Shown: positions 1-10,935 of the stretch, piece after piece | Layout: every line of letters starts with the position of its first letter | How positions within the stretch are numbered: position 1 is the first letter of the stretch | Assembly: GCA_000934665.2 (NCBI GenBank) | Contig: KZ538224.1 | Span: 372,001 to 395,717, forward strand | Origin: Catajapyx aquilonaris | Lineage: Eukaryota | DNA length: 23,717 nucleotides | Reading direction: 5' to 3' | Program-made: the position numbers and the translations under genes | Notes under the pieces: generated by a model | Seen by the model: the letters and a program-made list of their open reading frames with translations, nothing else | What the model was told of the DNA's origin: nothing | The model's database searches: none

Positions 1-1734
1 TGACACTTTTTTTGGGTTCCAAAGTGGATCACTGCAGTTGGAAACATCAGGTGGAACGGACTTTGTGTGTGCCCGACGCCACTCATGTGTGCGGATTGTG
101 ATCCATATAGCCCCAGTTTCATATTGATTCATACCGCTGCCTAACTCCGGATATACTGGTCTGGCAGGCACAGTGTAGCCAATCACTTATTTTCAGTTCA
201 ATTTGAACTATTATTCACTATGGTTCGCAGTGAAACTCGACTCTTTTCATTTGAAAAAAAAAAAAATGAATTATTTTTCATCCGCGGGTGAAAAATAATT
301 CCAATTTTTTTGAGAATCCGGATTCTGAAAATCCTGGCAGTGTGCTACCATGTGTGATGGCATGAGCGAGGCTTAATATTTTAAGTCGACCGGAGTGGCG
401 ATTACCTGCGTCTGTGATTATGTGCGGCCCTCGTTTGGAAAAATCCTCCCCCCACACACAAAAAAAGCTATATTGAAGTATTATAATGAAAAACTCCCCA
501 AGCCTATTATAGTGGGCCATGGCAACTGAAACTAGTTGCCATGTGCGACAAACAAATCGCGCGTTGGCCTCGAGAGAAATTTTTGTTTACGCTGTAAAAT
601 AATAGTTTTGATAAACAGCTGGGGAAGGCGTAAAATATTTAGAGGACAGGAAACCGAGCCTATCTAAGTAAATCAACGCCCCACTTCCTCTCACTCTCTC
701 TCACTGACTCAGGGCCATTCTTCATAAGTTTTTATAGCGCACGTGGTAAATATAGTTGGGACAAATTTTTGGGAGGTGAATGCTGCACAAGGCCTCATAA
801 AATAAGAGCGACTTTCATTGCCCATGCATGGTACCGCTCTTGTTTTGTCCGCAATCTGCCTACTCAAACGTGTGTGGGGGGGATATAAATTCAGCAACTC
901 CCGTGGAGCGATTTGCATGCGAAGGTGTGATAAAAGGAGTGGCCGGCAAAGAAAATGACGCATCGCCGGAATTAATCGGTGAAATTATGGCGACGCCTTT
1001 CGCACCAACTGATAATCTCAAGAGCCGTCGTCCTCCGTTACACCTGCTGTCAGTCCCGCAACAGTTAAGGAAAAACCCACCCTCTTTTCTTACATAAATT
1101 AAAACTGGGGGGCCCCAAAAAATTCAATTAACCCGAGCCGAGTGGGTGGGATAAGGTGCAATTTGCCCGTCATTTTTGGGGAGAAAAAGGTCGAGCTTGG
1201 ACTGGCACATGGACCACGCCCAGATGCTCTTATATTTTCAAGCTTCTGTATTTCGGAAGCATTGCCTGGCATGTCCTGAACAATTTTTTTCGTGACATGT
1301 CACGAATTGAGTTGAATCCTGAAATTCCGAAGCTGGCCCATTAATTTTGGTGGTCCTCCCCTCCAATCTTTTGTCTCTCCCCTTCTCTTTTGTTTCCTGC
1401 TGGCTTTCCCCCCCATCCTCTGCACCCAAATCAATGATCAGATTGCATGGGGCAGATGCTTCTGACAGGTGCATATGAAGTTGGGTTCACCAGCATGTCA
1501 ATGCAAAGTCAGTTTCAGATTTTGCGGGCCCCGGGGTGCTGTAATTAGCATCGCCCCGGGGCAGCCTCCATGTCAGGACCAAGTTGGGTTCATCTCTGCG
1601 TGAGTTTCGAACGAAAAAAAAATAGTGTGGCAGGGTCCGGACCTCTATTGTAAACAGTAGGGGGGAGAGTTTGAAGCGTCAAATGTGGAACTGCGATTTT
1701 CGCTACATGTTTAGGAAGGGGAGAGAAGCCTATG

Positions 1735-2955
1735 GGAAAAGCTGGCAGTCATAACAAACCCAAGGGTACCTTTGGATCCTGTTTCAAGCCTGGTTCTGAC
1801 TCTAGGGAGATGGTTGCCTGGTACAAGATATTTCCAGACATCCGGAAGTGCTTCCGGATCGATATGTGTGCGTGCCAACCATGGTTTGTATCTGAAGTGG
1901 AGGATACAAGGACACAGGTCAAGTTCAGCCCTGCTGACATGGCCGGATGATTGATTTGGCTTGGCCATCTGGGAGGGTTCCCCTTCAATTCGACTTAGAG
2001 GGACGGAAACCCTCGACATTTCTAATTACACATTATAAAAGGCAAAGTTTGTACGTTTGTCCCGATTTGGCTGGCATGGCAACGGCCTCTAGGATGTGTA
2101 CACCGGACGGATGGTAAGAACCTGTCCTGTAATCTTGAAGGTGTTGGCTAGATTGGGTCAGAGAGATTAACACACGCAAGGCCGAAATTAAATAACACAC
2201 ACCCAACACGTGCTTTGAGATATTTTGCGGGTTTTGCTTCGACCTTTTTCCAGTAAGTTTTGTTTGGCACCGCAACCGTGACCGTGACCGGATCGCCTTC
2301 TCTTCTACAGCAGAGCAGTTTGGAGGGGACGATTTATGCTGTGTAAACGCTAGTGGACCCCAGGTGTTTGAGACAACGGTTTTGTCACACGAAACGGCTG
2401 CCTCCTTTATCAGGATTAAAGGGCCCACCCCCTCGGAGGAGATTTAGCAGCAGGGGGACGTTACCCGGGGACCTTTCGACCATCCGGATCAAGCTGACCT
2501 CCCGATCTTCCTTTTTCCACCCAGCAGTATAGCCTATCATAAATAACGGATTAGATCAGCTGGCTATTTTTTTGTGGGCATATCGCTCACATAATTCGAT
2601 GGCCGTTCACCATAACTTAGGCGATTACGGCGGTAAAAAGGGATGAAGTGAAAGGGTTCCGGAATGGGAATCCGGACGGATAAAACGCATATGTTGGACA
2701 TGCGCGGAAATATCTTCGCTTTTTTTCTGTCTCCTTCTGTTCCCTAGTATTTTTCCTCCCTTCTGAGGAATAACATTTTGCAAATAGGTGGGAGGCGGGG
2801 CCTCGTTTTCCGGGCTTAACGAGCTTTGTATGGAAATCCGATGGTACACAAAACTTGCCAGGGCTCGACGTCGTTATGCGGGCTGCCACACCGAAAGTCC
2901 AAAAGTGTCGCGATTTCTTTGTACAGAAAAAAAGTGTGCAAGGAAATGGGCCCAA
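1735..2955 (-). pseudogene. Degraded RT-RNase H of element A
   Basis: ORFs 2617..2955, 2625..2849, 2033..2428 and 1711..2019 (all minus) each carry part of the collinear RT/RNase H motif series; frameshifts and stops lie between them. Confidence 0.78.
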
Positions 2956-4109
2956 AAGGAGGGTAATAGCTGCTGCAGGTTTTGGCAGGGTATTTAGAAT
3001 TAATTCAGTTCGGCATTTAAACTATTGGTATGGTATTAAACATTTTAACATAATATTGATAGCTGAACTCGTATTTAGGGGGCTTTTTGTAAGCTGTTCA
3101 TTCCAACTTAGCGGATAAAAGCCATGTACCTACCCACAATTTATGATCGGTTCGAGTCATCGTTAGAGTTTGTACTAGCATGATACTTTATGAGTGGAAG
3201 TCATTTCCGGAGAGTGGATATAACATATATATTTTTTCTCCTTCTTTTCTTGTGGTCGTTTACAGATTGCGCCGACATAACGTGCCATAAGCGTCAAACG
3301 TAGCTCTTAGCAAACCATAAACCAAGCTGGAGTCCCTTGCGACTAACCGCTCTTGTGGGGAGGAAAGTGATGATCCCAAGTTGCACATTCTTCGGACTTC
3401 TTCCCCTCAGTCCCTCTAATCTTCTCTTAGGACCACATGAGCCAGGACCATCCGAGTCCAAGAAATAAACGAGAGTTTATATATGGCCCGGTGGTACGCT
3501 CCATAATTCGTTTTCGTAGAAAAGATGCTGGAATTACCAGCGATGTTCCTCTTGAACTGTGAACTTGCCCAGCCCTTGATAATTCCAAGTCGGTCGAGTC
3601 ACTCGTCTCCTACTTGGGGTTTCAGGGTGTGGGATGTTTCCCAGCACGTCGTATGTACAGGGCGTTCCAAAAAGGGATCGACGTCTGTTCTGAAGGGACG
3701 CATTAGTTTCTGGTAGGGGCATTTTCGCAGAGCCCCGGGGCCCCTTGAGCGATTGCCCGATTCATCAACGTCAGTGAGCGAGGCAACATCACCGGCCACT
3801 TTATTTCCCTTCTGCTTCAACTGGGAAGGGGCATAAGCTTGAGGAGGTGCGAACACATTTAGGCTTCCATTGTGATGCCTTCCCTAGGACCACGCCTCTT
3901 TCTCTTTCTTTCCCCCCCACCGAAAATTTTTCTCCCTACCCGGCTTCGTAATCGTTCTTGGCCCACTCCAATTCCAACGTCATAACCCGCCTTTTGTGAA
4001 GGGACAAGCGGGGAAGAAGAGAATTTCCGATGCCCTGCAAGCATATATGCGTCATCCCCCAAAAATGAAGCAAGGGGGAAATACCTTCATGATGTCTATA
4101 CACATACCC

Positions 4110-4114
<5 letters not shown>

Positions 4115-4152
<38 letters not shown>
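4115..4152. repeat. (GA)n microsatellite running into an assembly gap
   Basis: Perfect GA dinucleotide run immediately before the N block. Confidence 0.95.
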
Positions 4153-4430
4153 NNNNNNNNNNNNNNNNNNNNNNNNNNNNNNNNNNNNNNNNNNNNNNNN
4201 NNNNNNNNNNNNNNNNNNNNNNNNNNNNNNNNNNNNNNNNNNNNNNNNNNNNNNNNNNNNNNNNNNNNNNNNNNNNNNNNNNNNNNNNNNNNNNNNNNNN
4301 NNNNNNNNNNNNNNNNNNNNNNNNNNNNNNNNNNNNNNNNNNNNNNNNNNNNNNNNNNNNNNNNNNNNNNNNNNNNNNNNNNNNNNNNNNNNNNNNNNNN
4401 NNNNNNNNNNNNNNNNNNNNNNNNNNNNNN
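4153..4430. other. Assembly gap (278 N)
   Basis: N run flanked by (GA)n and poly-G. Confidence 0.99.
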
Positions 4431-4651
4431 GGGGGGGGGGTGGACAAGTAATCATAACAGAAAATGAAGCTACACCTCGTTAGAAACCAGGAGTAATAGA
4501 GACACATCCACTGGTCCATTTGGACCTCTTTTTACTTCCCCTCCAGCTTCTCTCTGAATGGAGGCGGCCATCTTGTCCACGTGCTGCTTTTCCCATGGTC
4601 CACACAATGGCCAGTGGATACGTGTGACTGATGAGTTCTGCTCGCTGGCCA

Positions 4652-4908
4652 TGCCTCTTTTTTTCCTCCTCTCTCTAACCCCCCCCATCCACTGCACTCT
4701 TTTGCTCCGGACATGAAAAGAGGGAATGAAAAAGAAGAGAGGAAAAACTTATGCTGGCCTCGGGAAGATTGCTCTTTTGAGCCTGCTTCCGGATTTCATT
4801 TGAGCCTTACACTTGAGCGGAACTGCGGGGAAGGAAAAAGAACTTCCAATATTTTTAGCTGGCACGGAATGGGTATCAGATAATGCGGAAATAATGCCAG
4901 AAACCGCA
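4652..4908 (-). repeat. Candidate 3' LTR of element B (~257 bp)
   Basis: On the minus strand it begins TG two nt after the G11 polypurine tract and ends CA. Shares collinear blocks with 10141-10391: GGGGAAGGAAAA (4827-4838 / 10287-10298), TTTAGCT (4854 / 10336), tgcctctttt / cgcccctttt. Confidence 0.55.
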
Positions 4909-4910
4909 GG

Positions 4911-4921
4911 CCCCCCCCCCC
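4911..4921 (-). promoter_or_regulatory. Polypurine tract of element B
   Basis: C11 on plus is G11 on minus, positioned between the integrase-end motif (YVSR) and the TG LTR start. Confidence 0.55.
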
Positions 4922-5770
4922 ATTTAATGAATCTAAAGGTACGTTGGCACTTCTTGAGACGTATGCCATGCACAGGCATGAAGACTCCCAAACGCGATGA
5001 AGAAAAAAAAGTTCAATAACTGCGGCCACACATAACGTAATAAGCCTTCAAGTGATGGTCAGATTTCAATCCGGGCTTTTCATCAGAGTAATGTTGGAAC
5101 CGGGGCCGAAAACCGTATTACTGCTGGCTGCTACTCCCGGGGACTCGTATAATTTACTTCACAATCATGTGTGCGGCTAATGGGCTGCAGTTCATAACCA
5201 TTTCGGCTAATAATGGGGACGGGCCTGTCAGCTACTCATATTTGTTTTAATGCCCGGTTTATCCGGGTACACGTTTCTGCAATATGTTTTTATGGGCAGT
5301 ACCCGGGAAGCCAGTGTTTGTCTTATCCATTACGAGCGGGCCCCAAAGTGCAAATGCCATAAGCGAACTAATGTTAGTTTTCTGTGCTCGTAGTTCTTTT
5401 TCGGCTTTTAAAAATATGGCGGTAAACAGGAAATGAGAGGTGCAATTACTCATGCAGCGCACTTGAAGGGGGTGATGGAAAAGCTTGTTTAATTTAGGTG
5501 CAGGTATAATTAAGCCTTCCAGGAGTACACGGTGTTTACACAGTGCAGTTAACAATATACTGTACATGCAGGAAGCTCTTTCAAATATTCATAGCCCTCT
5601 GGAGGAAGGAACTCGGTACAAAAAAATAAAAAAATAAAGAGAAGGCACGTAAAAATCAATTGACCTCTCTGTGCTCGAAATTGGAAATACTTGATTCAGA
5701 TCAAAGAAGCTCGGCTAGAAAAACGTTGCCAACTTCACGTGAGACATGTGACTAGCGTTCACAAACCGTT

Positions 5771-5853
5771 ATTTTTTTCTTCTTCTTTCCTCCTCCTCCT
5801 CCTCTTTTAGTAGTAGTAGGGTAGTAGAGAACTTTTTTTGAGAGAGAGAGAGA
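5771..5853. repeat. Compound low-complexity tract (T/TTC/CCT/TAG/GA runs) inside the B integrase
   Basis: Directly visible short tandem runs. Confidence 0.8.
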
Positions 5854-6014
5854 CCCCCGTCTCTTGACAGGCCGTTTCTTGACTTCAAAGGTTTTCTCTT
5901 GACGCTTGTAATTTTCTTTGGAAATTGGCTTTCCGTTTGTACATGCAACCTCAATATGGCCCGGTTTTGACAGGGCCCGTAAGATTGCAAGTCGAAAAAA
6001 CAAATATCTCCAGG

Positions 6015-7162
6015 TGATTTCTAGACTAGCAGCTATGGCTCCTGCTATTCTGCTCAAAATAGCGGCGACTTTAGATTGACTGTTATTTTGCAGAATAGCG
6101 AGTTCAACTATACAGGGTGGTCCAAGTTCAAGTGTCGTTTTATAACGGCGATTAATAGCAGTGATTTTGCGATGACGCAGCAGCGACGTATAAAATGTCC
6201 CACTTCGGCGCCATCGAAAATATTAGCTGCCAATAGCAGCACACATGTAATCAACCCTGCTGCTGGGTTGACCTGGAAAAAAGTAGGTGCACACATGACC
6301 TGAGATGCGCCTGGGTGAAATGGGTGACGCCCAAGGCACCAGATGGACCTGTAATGCAAGGGGGAAGCCTGCAAATGAAACACAGCTAATATTTCCGATG
6401 GCGCCGAAGTGGGCATTTTACACATCGCTGCTACGTCAATCGTTAAGCGCTTCTATTAATAGCCGTTAAAAACGACACTTGAACTTGGACCACCCTGTAT
6501 ACGATCGCTGATAACGCTTAAAACCAACGGTGATCAGGAGCAAGCTGATATTTAGAGTAGCAGTTATCGCTTCTACTATGCTAAAAGTGACGTCGAATTT
6601 ATAATAACTGCTACGTTGATACAATAACGGTTATTTTAGACTAACATCGATCGCCGCTATCGTTTAAAAATAACGATGATCGAAAGCAGGTCTTTTTTTT
6701 TGCAGGACTGGTGATTTTAGGCTAACAGTGATCACTTCTACTCTGATCAAAATAACCGTGATTTTAGAGTAACTGCTACTTTGAAAAATTAACGCTGTTT
6801 AGGATTAACTGCGATCGCTTCTATTTTGCTAAAATAGCAGCGAATTTAACAGTGGTTGATGACAACGCTTTGAAATAGCGGTGGTCAGAAGCGGTTTTTT
6901 TTGCGTGACTGGTGATTTTTAGGCTAGCATCGATCACTTCTACTACCTGTAGGCCTATGTTTAAAATAACATCGACCTCAGAGTAACTGCTCCTGTGGTA
7001 AACAAACAGCTATTTAATATAACCGCGATTGATTCTACTATGCTCACAATAGCTTGCTTTTGAAGTAACCGCTACTTTGATAGAATAACGGGTATTGAGG
7101 CAAATATTGATCACTGATAGCGTTTAAAAATAGCGGTGATCAAGAGCAGGTTAGGTTTTTTT
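6015..7162. repeat. Degenerate minisatellite island (TAGCAGCGA / GTGATTTTAG / AAAATAAC / GATCGCT motifs), interrupted by a MITE
   Basis: Recurrent 35-50 bp subunits. Higher-order copies include ttttttgcaggactggtgattttaggctaac (~6695) and ttttttgcgtgactggtgatttttaggctagc (~6897). Lies between the HH and CC remnants of the B integrase zinc finger. Confidence 0.85.
6113..6497. mobile_element. Tc1/mariner-type MITE, 385 bp
   Basis: ~115-117 bp imperfect terminal inverted repeats (6113-6229 / 6383-6497) starting CAGGGTGGTCCAAGTTCAAGTGTCGTTTT. TA target-site duplication at 6111-6112 and 6498-6499. No transposase. Confidence 0.95.
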
Positions 7163-7509
7163 TAAATGGCGTGAGTGGACCGCGGTAGAGTTGTCTCTTG
7201 TTCTTGGAGTAAATAGAGGCTGGGACTGGCTCATTTGCATGCCTCTAACCTGGAGAGTGGCCCCCCTCTCTGTCTCTCGCCCTCTGAGAGGAGGAAAAGG
7301 GTGTGCTCATGCATTAGGAAGCAGGATGCAGGTTGAGGAAAAGCCACCCGGACATTGCACCTCTTTGCATGGCCGGGCCTTTTACACAGCTGCGTTGCCG
7401 TAGGACTGCTGGTCTTCCTTTTCCCTCATCCAGCAATTCAGAGGGACCCGGCCGCGCTTTTCCTAAATTAGCCGTTTTCACCGCGTGTAATTAAGTTAAT
7501 ATGCAGCCC

Positions 7510-8780
7510 CGTCTTGTGCAATCCCCGCTTTTATTAGGCTCTACCCGCGGTCATTTCTGTACAACGGTACATTTGCTCAATTTAGGACTGGTCGTGTAGC
7601 ATGTGATGTATACGAGAGGGGCGTAAAAAAGTGGCCGCCATTTTTGGTCCAGATCATATACGACGCAATTATTTTTAATTAATTAACTTCCTCGGCATTG
7701 AATGTGGAGGAATGTGGTGCAGAATCAATTTCAATATTTTGGTTCTCCCCTTCCCCCCATCGGCATAATGTAATTTTAGCAAGTGTATGGAACGGGGATT
7801 ACGTGTGCTGAGTATACATAATGTAACACCATGGCGGTTGCCGTTGGCCACACGCCCGCGAAGCTTCATGCAAAAGTTGTTGGATCGCTTCCCCCTGGAG
7901 CATCCTCCATTTTGTGCATTCGAAGCGTCCATTTTGAAGCCTGCAACCAGCTCGGTTGATTAGCAAGCCCTCCCAAAATCTCTCGGGTTTCCTTTTAACT
8001 GTCGAAGCGTGTAATTAAAATGATGGAACAGGGGGAAACGGGGAGGAAGCTTACTAGGCCGAGACTGAATTAGAACCCCTTGGGTTGGCAGGCCTGGAAA
8101 TTCATCCCCCACAAGTCCCTCAGGTTTGTCCTACCAGCGGTTGCAGCCAATCAAAGTCCCTCGACGTTTCATTAGGATTGAAACCTGCTGACGGAGACAA
8201 CCAACTTTTTTTCTTCTTCTTCGTCATTCAAGCTTATTAGGCCGCCATTTTTGGTCCCATCACTAGAAGCCGGACACTTACATTTGAATATTTCCGAGTT
8301 TTTTGAATAACTCAATTACCTCCCAAACTTTGCTGGCAAATTGGGCCTTCTTTGGTTATGCGCAATTTCGTTATGTGACCGCCCTTCCTCTGGAGGAATT
8401 TCGGCCTAATCGACAAAGCATGGGGGGAATTGGGGGGGATATAATGGGAGGGGGGGGGGGGGGAAGAAATCATAAATTGGACAGTAAGTATATATTCCCT
8501 CTAGGCAAGCGCGGGTATTGATTGAGCGGATTGGACGAAGAATGGATTCTTGGAAATATCACATATCCGCACTATACTCCCACAGTGAAAATCGTGCAAA
8601 TTTTTGTTCCCAAAATGGTCGCACGAAGATAAAAAAATCGTGTACAATAATCCCCTAATTGTGGCATTGTCACCGCATAAATTCCCCGTACTAATTAAAA
8701 CCCTGGCCGGACACTTGGTGTCCCCCTCCCATTTTTCCCAGCACCATTTGGCCGAATTAGTTCCGACCATATCTGGGCTC
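7510..8780 (-). pseudogene. Degraded RT-RNase H of element B
   Basis: Collinear motif remnants in ORFs 8501..8782 and 7675..7932 and in intervening frames. Confidence 0.8.
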
Positions 8781-10140
8781 ATTTTTCTCGCAGTTGGCTC
8801 CGGCTAATGAAACACGATCGGTCGTAATGAAGTACAAGCAGACCTCTTCAAGCCGGCTTCTTTTTCCACACACAGGGGGATAACCCTCCCTAAACTAACC
8901 TTCGACTAGAAGCACCCGAACCAGTCGTCAAACGCAACACTCAAGTGCTTCCTGTCTCAAGTGGAGGTATATTTTGGGCTCGTTTTTATACATTTTGGGA
9001 CACCATGTACATAGATCTGTTTTTTTAAATGGGGCCCCCTACTTTCGTGACTCGAGTTCTATCATATTCCCTAGCGGGGGTTAGTGCTTGGAACCAATAT
9101 TTTTTTTATCCTCCTCCTCCTCTCTCGCACCCTTCATCCAAAGATGGATCTCTTCTCGTCAAAGATGAATTGACCTCCCATCCTGATTGATGATTGAAGT
9201 TTCCGCCGCTTCGCACCGGGTTCTCTTGATCACTGGCATATTAAAATCTTATCTCCCGGAGTAAATACAAACTCCCCCTCAGTTTCTAGACGGGGGAATC
9301 GAGTTTCAAAGCCAGGAAACTAACCAAAGGGACGTGTATTAATAATCTTGAGATTTGTGACACCACCGGCTTGCCGTTACTCGTATGACTCATGTGAGCA
9401 GGTGCCATAATGGAAGGATTGCGACAAAAAAATAGTTTTTTGAGGCGTTTCCTTGGCACTGTATCAGCCAGAGTTTCTTGCTGTGATAACTCGGCTTACA
9501 TCTTCAGGTTCAGTGTCCTGTTTCTCAGCCGGGTGTCAACACCACTTAGGTTTACAAATCTATGTTTACTTCCAACTGAGGAAACGGGATAAAAAAAAAT
9601 TGGTGATGAAATGATGGGATGTTGCTCGAGACAAAGGTTGGCGTAGTATCTTCTAACAATATATATTTTGAAAATGTATTGTGCTCGTAGCTAACAACTA
9701 CTGCGAACTAAAAGCTGTGTATATTATGTGGCTGTTTCACGTTGATGAAGGCAAAATCATAATTGCACCTGCTGGCAATCATCCGGCGGGGCTTTCACCA
9801 AGCTTCACTTAGTTTTTAATAAAAACCAGCGCTACTATTCAAACTTGTGTACTACTGTATGTTGGCTCAATTAGACAGACTATGCAATGTTTCCAGTGGA
9901 GTAAAAAAAAGTTACAACTCTGCTTTATTACCTGGGACGCAGAACAGGAACCTTTAAAAATCCTGGTCAGTTAAAAATGTTAGTTTGTACTGATTATAAT
10001 TTACTCATTTTCACCGGTTGGATTTCCCTCCTCCTTTGTTGTAAGTCAGCCTAACGAAGTTTCCTCGCCTCGAGTAATGCCATTATTCCAATTAACCGAG
10101 TCGGGGGCGGGCATGAGACTACTTGTGTCGGCTCCAGATA

Positions 10141-10391
10141 CGCCCCTTTTCAACCCCATTCAAGGACCACCTACTGGCCACCCCCCTGTAGCACACCAGA
10201 AATTCTAAATGAGATTTTCGAAGCACTTCAACCCCCCCTGTACAGGTCGGGGGAAGAAGAAACTAAGAAAAAAAATATATGAGGAGGGGGAAGGAAAACC
10301 TTGCCACGCCCTGTTTTAATTGTGGAGATGTCACGTTTAGCTCTTCAAGGAGTGTGCATGTTTCGAGCGCGTTTTTTTAAAAAAGGGAACA
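10141..10391 (-). repeat. Candidate 5' LTR of element B (~251 bp)
   Basis: Same length as 4652-4908 and shares collinear blocks with it; lies upstream of the gag remnants. Confidence 0.5.
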
Positions 10392-10421
10392 TTTTTCTCT
10401 TTTTTTTTGGGGGGGGGGGGG

Positions 10422-10453
10422 NNNNNNNNNNNNNNNNNNNNNNNNNNNNNNNN
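10422..10453. other. Assembly gap (32 N) within poly-G
   Basis: N run flanked by G homopolymers. Confidence 0.99.
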
Positions 10454-10482
10454 GGGGGGGGGGGAGAGCAACACATATACAC

Positions 10483-10645
10483 TGGGAATCGATAGCGTTG
10501 GTTGGTGCGGCTTGGAGCAAATTGCATTATGCCAATTACATTAGCAGTCTAATGCAGTTTGAGGGGTTGCTCTGACGGGAGCATGACATGTTTGCCCGTT
10601 TTCCCTACCACCAAAAACTCACAGTTTGTGCAAGAATTGTGTGTG
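10483..10645 (-). repeat. 3' LTR of element C (right boundary uncertain)
   Basis: Aligns with 15611-15780: gcaaattgcattatgccaatta / gcaacggtgcagtttatgctaatta; attagcagtctaatgcagtttgagg / attaggatcatacagcggttttgagg; tgacgggagcatgacatgtttgc / tgacgtcagcatggactaatttgc; shared ccaccaa. Confidence 0.7.
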
Positions 10646-10714
10646 GGTGGGGAGGGTGTAAGTTGTCACCAAAACGTGCGACCTGTGGTGGCAGGTGAGG
10701 GCCAAAAATTGCGT

Positions 10715-10935
10715 ATCACCGCAAAATAGCAGTGTAAATCAAAATAGCACATAGCGAAAAGTACTAATCACTGCTATTTTCGGACCGCCAATAACAGCGA
10801 TTGATATTAATATTTAAAGGCAGTGGTGGAAGGTGGGGGCCAATAATCGCACAGCATCGAAAAATCAGTACTAATCACTGCCGCTATTGGGCCGCCAATA
10901 ACAGCGGTTGGTATTAATATTTTAAAAAAGCGCGA
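10715..10935. repeat. Degenerate repeat island with a ~60 bp direct repeat (period ~97 bp)
   Basis: agtactaatcactgc...ccgccaataacagcg.ttg.tattaatattt occurs at ~10760-10815 and ~10867-10923; flanks contain aaaatagca motifs. Confidence 0.85.

Larger units (their letters stand above)
1..4651 (-). mobile_element. Fossil Ty3/gypsy LTR retrotransposon A (internal region; runs off the left edge)
   Basis: Minus-strand motif remnants in gypsy order. Gag-like LEGK*KEVQMDQWMCLYY (~4500-4550). RT: GPFPCTLFFCTKKSRHFWTFGVAARI (~2875-2955, cf. SP..P.F.V.KK...WRFCVDYR.L), YHRISI (~2830-2846), EAPPPTYLQ..KILG..SEDISAH, LDPDGRKV (~2470-2495). RNase H: HPSGVHILEAV (~2083-2113, cf. DASG.GLGAV), SRAELDL..ILHFRY..HIDPEAL..HLPRVRTRLE (~1785-1935). 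Integrase: RTCQ/C (~1260-1280), HGQ*KSLL../AAFTSQKF (~764-830), ATSFS (~520-540), TPVDL (~383-397), YETGAIWI..TKSVP..SDPL (~20-125). Confidence 0.8.
4652..10391 (-). mobile_element. Fossil, near full-length Ty3/gypsy element B
   Basis: Minus strand. Zinc knuckle SFHYGTCSHESYE*R (~9375-9420, cf. CF.CG..GH...EC). Protease (D)SG/AETSIIN (~9190-9215). RT: LCGD..IRGL, ICDISKNPFF (ORF 8501..8782), MLCRL, YSKNSE, AGFNPN..DWLQP, LRDLWGMNF (~8010-8780). RNase H: MDASNAQNGGC..HYADGGKG..ILHHIPPH (ORF 7675..7932), VY..DQK..PL, SPKLSKC, GDCTR. Integrase: GGH (~7255-7265), TCNL (~5980-5995), TVCER*S, FHHP, FALW..TGFPG (ORF 5259..5567), FGPGSNI (~5095-5110), YVSR. PPT G11 (4911-4921) and candidate LTR pair. 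Confidence 0.82.

Noticed and set aside
3996..4519. Long ORFs of 119-155 aa
   Set aside because: Artefacts of the (GA)n tract plus the N gap.
6015..7162. CRISPR-like array (also considered for 20957-21313)
   Set aside because: Units are degenerate and contiguous, with no constant repeat/unique spacer structure, no cas genes and a eukaryotic context.
3654..9010. Lone Tc1-like ends (TACAGGGCGTTCCAAAAA ~3656; TTTTGGGACACCATGTA ~8993)
   Set aside because: No partner TIR at plausible spacing; both fall in putative protease remnants.
10481..10540. Alternative right end of B's 5' LTR
   Set aside because: This segment aligns better and over a longer stretch to C's other LTR (15611-15780).
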